This document shows positions 15,634-20,000 of a stretch of DNA of 20,000 nucleotides, in pieces. Each line of letters opens with the position of its first letter. Position 1 is the first letter of the stretch. Origin of the DNA: an uncultured virus (IMG/VR IMGVR_UViG_3300021131_000005) (Duplodnaviria; Heunggongvirae; Uroviricota; Caudoviricetes); IMG/VR virus record IMGVR_UViG_3300021131_000005. One strand, 5' to 3'. The notes under the pieces were generated by a model that did not search any database, was not told where the DNA came from, and worked only from the letters and a program-made list of their open reading frames with translations. The position numbers were made by a program, and so were the translations under genes.

Positions 15634-15870
15634 TTAATAAAGTTTATTTGTTTCTAGGGGTTCGATAACAAACTCCCCTTCGCCGTTATAGTTTTGCGTT
15701 TGGTTAATATGGTCTAAATTATACAAGTCATCCTTAGATAATTTTTCCCCTTGTTTCTTTACTTGCTGCCTTACTATTTTTAAGGCATTGCTTTTTGTAG
15801 TTCCTACTCCTAACATATCACGACTAGCGTATGAGTGCCAAGCATCTGTTTTATATACGATGTAAACCAT
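15634..15870 (-). CDS. Conserved Bacteroidota phage early-type protein (VY..Y.TDAWHSY.S...QTQ)
   Basis: ORF track; A-rich leader. Confidence 0.75.
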   Translation of the reverse strand: MVYIVYKTDAWHSYASRDMLGVGTTKSNALKIVRQQVKKQGEKLSKDDLYNLDHINQTQNYNGEGEFVIEPLETNKLY

Positions 15871-15981
15871 AATTGATATTTTTTTTAGTTTTTTTTACTT
15901 TTTTAGTTTGAGCCGTGAAGGTATGCAACCCCGACTTAATAAGTGTTAATCTATTTGTTAAAATAAAGTTAAGTTGTAGTT

Positions 15982-16194
15982 TTATTCGCTGCTTAAATGT
16001 ACTTCACTCATAACTAAGGCAGAGAACTTTTTATCTGTTTTCATTCTTTGCATTATGTCAGATACTAAATGTCTTTTTTCTTGTTCATCTAAACGGTTAT
16101 AATCTTTTTTATCAAATTCATGGGGCAAATATCCCTTTCCACCTAATTTAAAGGCTTTTTTCGCTTCGTTCCCCGCTTCTGTAATTTTGTTCAT
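15982..16194 (-). CDS. Hypothetical protein
   Basis: ORF track. Confidence 0.65.
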   Translation of the reverse strand: MNKITEAGNEAKKAFKLGGKGYLPHEFDKKDYNRLDEQEKRHLVSDIMQRMKTDKKFSALVMSEVHLSSE

Positions 16195-16198
16195 AATA

Positions 16199-16387
16199 TT
16201 AAGATGGACTTATGAATTTATTAATCTCTCCTTTAGCGAATGAGCCTTGATTGGTCTCTACATAGAAATACTCCCCCGTTTTTGTTTTATACTCCCCCTT
16301 TCTTACAATACCATTGTAAATTATGCCAGTATTGCCCATAATAGTAACACTTTGCCCGTCTTTTAAACTTTCTATAATCTTTTCCAT
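16199..16387 (-). CDS. Hypothetical beta-rich protein (MEKIIESLKDGQSVTI...)
   Basis: Track ORF 16199..16486; start moved to 16387 because the upstream part overlaps the hidden lipoprotein gene. Confidence 0.6.
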   Translation of the reverse strand: MEKIIESLKDGQSVTIMGNTGIIYNGIVRKGEYKTKTGEYFYVETNQGSFAKGEINKFISPS

Positions 16388-16427
16388 AATATTAAGGCAG
16401 TTTTGAAGGTCTGCCAACTTGTGAGGG

Positions 16428-16604
16428 TTAAAATGCTCTTTTCCAATTAGTGTGACCGTAATATTTAGCCCAATAGTGGCTATCATTATTCGGGCATTGG
16501 TGCAAGTTTTCCCCGCTGCACCCTGCCAACATTATAGCCATAATAGCCAAACTAATCAATAACGTTATTTGTGCTGCCTTAATGTCCTTTTGTCGCTGTG
16601 TCAT
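16428..16604 (-). CDS. Small lipoprotein, 58 aa (…LLISLAIMAIMLAGCSGENLHQCPNNDSHYWAKYYGHTNWKRAF), not in ORF track
   Basis: Manual translation; hydrophobic helix + canonical LAGC lipobox; ATGA coupling to 16601. Confidence 0.7.
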   Translation of the reverse strand: MTQRQKDIKAAQITLLISLAIMAIMLAGCSGENLHQCPNNDSHYWAKYYGHTNWKRAF

Positions 16605-16786
16605 GCTTTCACGTTTATTAGTTCTTTAATCTTAGCCGTTGCACTATCTATACTCATTCCGCCAAAGTGGTGTGAAGTGCCATTAATACCCACCTGATAA
16701 ACGTCTTTTTGTTTCCAACAATAAACAGAATTTAAACCGTTTTTATTACTGAAACTTTGCGCTTTTTTTCTTTTATCTATTTTCAC
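16601..16786 (-). CDS. Hypothetical protein
   Basis: ORF track (GTG start). Confidence 0.6.
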   Translation of the reverse strand: MKIDKRKKAQSFSNKNGLNSVYCWKQKDVYQVGINGTSHHFGGMSIDSATAKIKELINVKA

Positions 16787-16838
16787 AATTTTTTATTTTA
16801 TCGTTTCCAAAACTTTAAGATGTTCCCTTTCTGCTAAA

Positions 16839-17096
16839 TTAAAGGGCAATAAATCCGTTTAAAAATTCTTTTACTTTAGGTAGTTCCTTTTCTGTAAATA
16901 CTTCGCTAATAAACTGCCTTATTGTTTCTTTTGGGGTTTTCTTGTCGCTGCTTTTGTCATCATAAATGGCAGAATTAAACCGCTTAAATCCGCCTAAATA
17001 TTCAAGTCCCATAAGCCTCACACAAAGTCTTTCACTGCCTACTATATTGTATGTTTTGGCATTGGGTACGTTTTCCGTTATTTTTATGTTATACAT
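16839..17096 (-). CDS. Hypothetical protein
   Basis: ORF track. Confidence 0.65.
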   Translation of the reverse strand: MYNIKITENVPNAKTYNIVGSERLCVRLMGLEYLGGFKRFNSAIYDDKSSDKKTPKETIRQFISEVFTEKELPKVKEFLNGFIAL

Positions 17097-17121
17097 TGCT
17101 TCGCTGTATTAAAGGGGGGAA

Positions 17122-17478
17122 TTAATGCCCGAATAAAATGCAAGTTAAATTTTCGTCCTGAAAGTCTTTAATTAAAGACTTTAGTAAAGGTATTGCAGCA
17201 TTGTATCTTCTGTATCTTTCCCTATTGTGTTTCTTCATAAATTCCAGAATTTCGGCAGGGGGGACTGAAAACAATGGTTTCCCGTACATATCCGTTTCTA
17301 TTTTATCATATCCATCATAAAAATACAATCTTTCAGTATATCTGTCCTTATCTAAGAAGGTATCAAAGAAATTAGATTTGCAAAGGTCTATTTCTGCTAT
17401 TTTACTGAAATATGTCATTCCATATTCAATTTCTTCTTCAAACTTTCTGCCTATAATAAGGCGTGTTTCGTATCCCAT
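17122..17478 (-). CDS. Conserved phage protein (MGYE.RL.I...DLCK...D.YG..L...YRR...FGH)
   Basis: ORF track; recurrent phage family pattern. Confidence 0.75.
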   Translation of the reverse strand: MGYETRLIIGRKFEEEIEYGMTYFSKIAEIDLCKSNFFDTFLDKDRYTERLYFYDGYDKIETDMYGKPLFSVPPAEILEFMKKHNRERYRRYNAAIPLLKSLIKDFQDENLTCILFGH

Positions 17479-17489
17479 AATTTTATTGT

Positions 17490-17720
17490 TTAATAGTCAA
17501 TATCGTTTTCAATTAAAGACTGCTCTATAAGTTCTATCTGCTTACCCAATAGGAATTTATCAATATCCCACCACTCTAATAAGTCAGCATCAAATTTATC
17601 GCTGCCTTCGTCTTTTCTTTTAAGCATAGTATCGTAAGCATCACTTACACTTTGCCTTTCTTCTTTTGCCTTATCCAATTTTCGGAGAAGTGCTGCCCTA
17701 TGTTGCTTTGTCAATTCCAT
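17490..17720 (-). CDS. Hypothetical helical protein
   Basis: ORF track. Confidence 0.7.
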   Translation of the reverse strand: MELTKQHRAALLRKLDKAKEERQSVSDAYDTMLKRKDEGSDKFDADLLEWWDIDKFLLGKQIELIEQSLIENDIDY

Positions 17721-17732
17721 AACTTTACTTTT

Positions 17733-18056
17733 TTACGCTGCCTTTAAATAACTTTCAATATGTTTACCGTATAACTTCATAAGGGTAAGATATACCCGTT
17801 GCCTTTCAAAAGTCCAATGTGCTTTTAATAGTCTTTTCGCTGCCTTTAATTTGTCCGCTAATACTTGACCTTGCATAAGTAGGATAAGAAAATTTTTAGC
17901 CTTATCCCGGGCATCTTTTGCAGCCTCCTTCACTTTCCCTTGCATCTTAGTTATTGCAGTCTTTAACGCTGCCTTTGTCTTGTAAATTTTCCCCGTTGTA
18001 AAGTCTAAATAGCCTACTATCTTAATAGCTATTACCATAGTGCTTAATGTTCTCAT
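17733..18056 (-). CDS. Lys/Ala-rich basic protein (GKIYKT.AALK.AIT)
   Basis: ORF track; A-rich leader. Confidence 0.7.
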   Translation of the reverse strand: MRTLSTMVIAIKIVGYLDFTTGKIYKTKAALKTAITKMQGKVKEAAKDARDKAKNFLILLMQGQVLADKLKAAKRLLKAHWTFERQRVYLTLMKLYGKHIESYLKAA

Positions 18057-18101
18057 TTTTTTCTTTTTTAGTAGGGGATTTGTTACCCCCTTGTTAGATA
18101 A

Positions 18102-18293
18102 TTAGTGCCTATTGTAGTCTAGTGGACAAATAGAACCTTTTACTTCTTTACAAAAATCGTCTGCTATTTGCTTCTCATCCTCTTTAAATTGTCTTTCTCT
18201 CAGTACTAAGTCTTTGCAATAAAATACTACAAAGCCTGATTTTTTAGCTGGGATAATTTCAACCTTCTTTTTTGTTCTTATTGTCTTTGCCAT
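18102..18293 (-). CDS. Hypothetical protein
   Basis: ORF track. Confidence 0.6.
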   Translation of the reverse strand: MAKTIRTKKKVEIIPAKKSGFVVFYCKDLVLRERQFKEDEKQIADDFCKEVKGSICPLDYNRH

Positions 18294-18408
18294 AATTTAA
18301 CCCGTCTTTTTTTTACTTGCTGCGGCTGCAAGGTTTTAATTGTGAAAAGGTTAGTAATAGGCGGGGGTATCGCTCCCCCTTCGCTCTTTGCTGCCTATTT
18401 GTTGGGGA

Positions 18409-18642
18409 TTAATAACAAAACTCTTGTCTTAGTTGACTTCCCTCAAAAAATCCTTTTAAGTCCTTCTTGCTTACTCTTTGGGCTTTATTATTCCAAAAGT
18501 GGAATATTTTAAAATAACCCGCCCTTAGTTCATTCTCTAATACAATACGATTTAAGTCTTCTATGTTACAAAAGAATTGTTTACCCGTGCTTGATACAAC
18601 TTGATAAACTCTACAATTGTTGTCAATTTTTACCGTGTTCAT
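18409..18642 (-). CDS. Hypothetical protein
   Basis: ORF track. Confidence 0.7.
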   Translation of the reverse strand: MNTVKIDNNCRVYQVVSSTGKQFFCNIEDLNRIVLENELRAGYFKIFHFWNNKAQRVSKKDLKGFFEGSQLRQEFCY

Positions 18643-18701
18643 ATTTATTCATTTTTATGGTTAATATATGGCAACTGTTACCGCTGCCATATTTCAGGGA
18701 A

Positions 18702-18974
18702 TTACCCTTCATCAGTTAACCTTAATATCGCTTTTTCAGTTTCCCCAATATTGTAGGATTGAAATACGATACCGCCGCCGTATTGCTTGTTATGAAATTT
18801 TCTACCCCCTATTTTTTTTGCCCTTTTTAATGCAATGTTATAATCGTATCCCATTTTATAGTCGGGCTGCAAAGTGTCATTCCTCGTTAGCAGATTTAGA
18901 TAGTGGCATACATAGCGAGGGTTTCCGTTTGCATCGTTGTTTACTCTCTTAAATTCGATTTTACTTGTACTCAT
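18702..18974 (-). CDS. Conserved phage early-region protein (RVNND.NGNPRYV.H...GG.KFHNKQYGGGIVFQSYN)
   Basis: Motif recognised as a widespread phage early-gene family of unknown function; promoter and A-rich leader upstream. Confidence 0.8.
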   Translation of the reverse strand: MSTSKIEFKRVNNDANGNPRYVCHYLNLLTRNDTLQPDYKMGYDYNIALKRAKKIGGRKFHNKQYGGGIVFQSYNIGETEKAILRLTDEG

Positions 18975-19009
18975 TTTTTTTATTTTTTTATTGTTAATTA
19001 ATTAGACTG

Positions 19010-19017
19010 CAAAAATA
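19010..19017 (-). promoter_or_regulatory. -7 promoter element TATTTTTG
   Basis: Matches TAnnTTTG; ~35 nt upstream of ATG 18974; preceded by the TTAACA box. Confidence 0.6.
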
Positions 19018-19051
19018 TATATAACGCTGCTATCTATTTGTTAAAATTTTG

Positions 19052-19267
19052 TTAATATAAACATGATGGGATATTATACTTTTTAGGACGGTTATAATAT
19101 TCTAGTAAGATGTTTATTTCTTTACTACTCATAACCTCTACGCCTCTATAATACTTTTCGCAAAGTATATGTATTTTTTCGCAAAGGTTTATTTCTCTTT
19201 TCTCTACATCCTGCAATGTTCTGTTAACCATATCCCATAGGTTTGAAGTTGTGCAAATGTTTGTCAT
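19052..19267 (-). CDS. Hypothetical protein
   Basis: ORF track. Confidence 0.55.
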   Translation of the reverse strand: MTNICTTSNLWDMVNRTLQDVEKREINLCEKIHILCEKYYRGVEVMSSKEINILLEYYNRPKKYNIPSCLY

Positions 19268-19274
19268 GCTATTA

Positions 19275-19520
19275 CTATTTTATTTTTTTACTTTTAAATA
19301 AAAAGCTATGTATTTCTAAATGTGGATTAATAACATTATTTTGAACAGTCCTTTTTTTACTTACTGTTTCAATAGGGGTAATAATATCCCCTACATTGAC
19401 ATTTGCGCACATTCCAGACTTATCTCTATTCTTATATACTATTTTACCACAATTAGAAAGGTATCCTTTAAGATTCCAAGTAGTACCTTCTATTGTAGTT
19501 TTTAAATTTACTTTTTGCAT
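19275..19520 (-). CDS. Hypothetical protein
   Basis: ORF track. Confidence 0.65.
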   Translation of the reverse strand: MQKVNLKTTIEGTTWNLKGYLSNCGKIVYKNRDKSGMCANVNVGDIITPIETVSKKRTVQNNVINPHLEIHSFLFKSKKIK

Positions 19521-19530
19521 GATGTTAGTA

Positions 19531-19806
19531 TTAAGATATTTTATAGAAAGTTCTTTTTTGTGTACTTTCGTTAGTCTTAACGATTATTTTTTCGCCGAAC
19601 TGTTCAAACCTATAAATAACGCTTTTTTGAGACATTACACGAATATATAATTCGGACGGTTCTAAGGGTAAGCATTTGGGCAAACATAACTGTACAAACT
19701 TTTGCAGAAAATCCCCTACTACTTTTTTAGTGGTTGCATTCAAATGTATATAATCACTATATGACATTTGGGTAGTGTTAACTTTTGTTAAAATTGTGCT
19801 TTTCAT
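19531..19806 (-). CDS. Hypothetical protein
   Basis: ORF track; A-rich leader and near-consensus promoter AATATTTG at 19838-19831. Confidence 0.65.
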   Translation of the reverse strand: MKSTILTKVNTTQMSYSDYIHLNATTKKVVGDFLQKFVQLCLPKCLPLEPSELYIRVMSQKSVIYRFEQFGEKIIVKTNESTQKRTFYKIS

Positions 19807-20000
19807 TTTTTTTTACTTTTTTAGTACTTGCAAATATTCAGTTAATCAGTTTATATTTCAATCAGTCGAAAATAACGTTAACAAAATTTTAACATATTAT
19901 TATTATCTTTCATTACTCTTTTTAGTCTGCAAACAACTCCCATAATATATATAGTATTAGAACACAAAACTACTTCAATACCTTCACACTATCCTAATCT

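Larger units (their letters stand above)
13150..19030 (-). repeat. Dispersed polar hexamer GCAGCG (CGCTGC on +), 17 copies
   Basis: Hand-counted + strand starts: 13150, 13344, 13574, 13966, 14065, 14499, 15392, 15526, 15987, 16514, 16946, 17600, 17736, 17838, 17967, 18682, 19025. Confidence 0.85.

Noticed and set aside
18668..19650. Plus-strand ORFs 18668..18952, 19320..19505 and 19396..19650
   Set aside because: Antisense shadows of the leftward operon
1..20000. Genome-wide stop-codon reassignment
   Set aside because: TAA, TGA and TAG all end well-supported genes, often in coupled overlaps; long genes are intact in code 11; only two internal TAAs seen
1..20000. CRISPR array, tRNA/rRNA genes, IS elements, integrase/att sites
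   Set aside because: No regularly spaced repeats, cloverleaf/T-loop signatures or transposase/integrase motifs seen by eye

Overview
AT-rich (roughly 30% GC by eye), densely packed tailed-phage DNA, most likely from a Bacteroidota-infecting phage: TTTG-N20-TAnnTTTG promoters, A-rich leaders without Shine-Dalgarno, and typical small phage ORF families. There are four transcription blocks: + (13-4125), - (8402-4122), + (8543-13024) and - (19806-13110), with back-to-back promoters at 8426-8519 and a perfect bidirectional terminator at 13060-13094. I found no structural, integrase, tRNA or CRISPR features; this looks like an accessory/early region. Recognisable products are a lysozyme/glucosaminidase-like protein, a calcineurin-like metallophosphoesterase, a receiver-like (cyclic-phosphate-processing REC type) protein, a signal-peptide-bearing DNA/RNA non-specific endonuclease, an XRE-type HTH, a GIY-YIG nuclease, DUF551, YopX, a lipoprotein + membrane protein pair, and an atypical beta-clamp homolog. 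The most striking unexplained signal is a strictly polar, heavily enriched hexamer, CGCTGC on + (GCAGCG on the transcribed strand): 17 copies in 13.1-19.0 kb, spread over all three reading frames and intergenic DNA. Also notable are a promoter-terminator micro-unit back-to-back with the secreted nuclease, an inverted pair of hidden paralogous micro-genes under purifying selection, four genes broken by a single in-frame TAA or 1-nt frameshift, and a repeated TTAACA operator-like box. All family calls come from motif recognition only; no searches were run.
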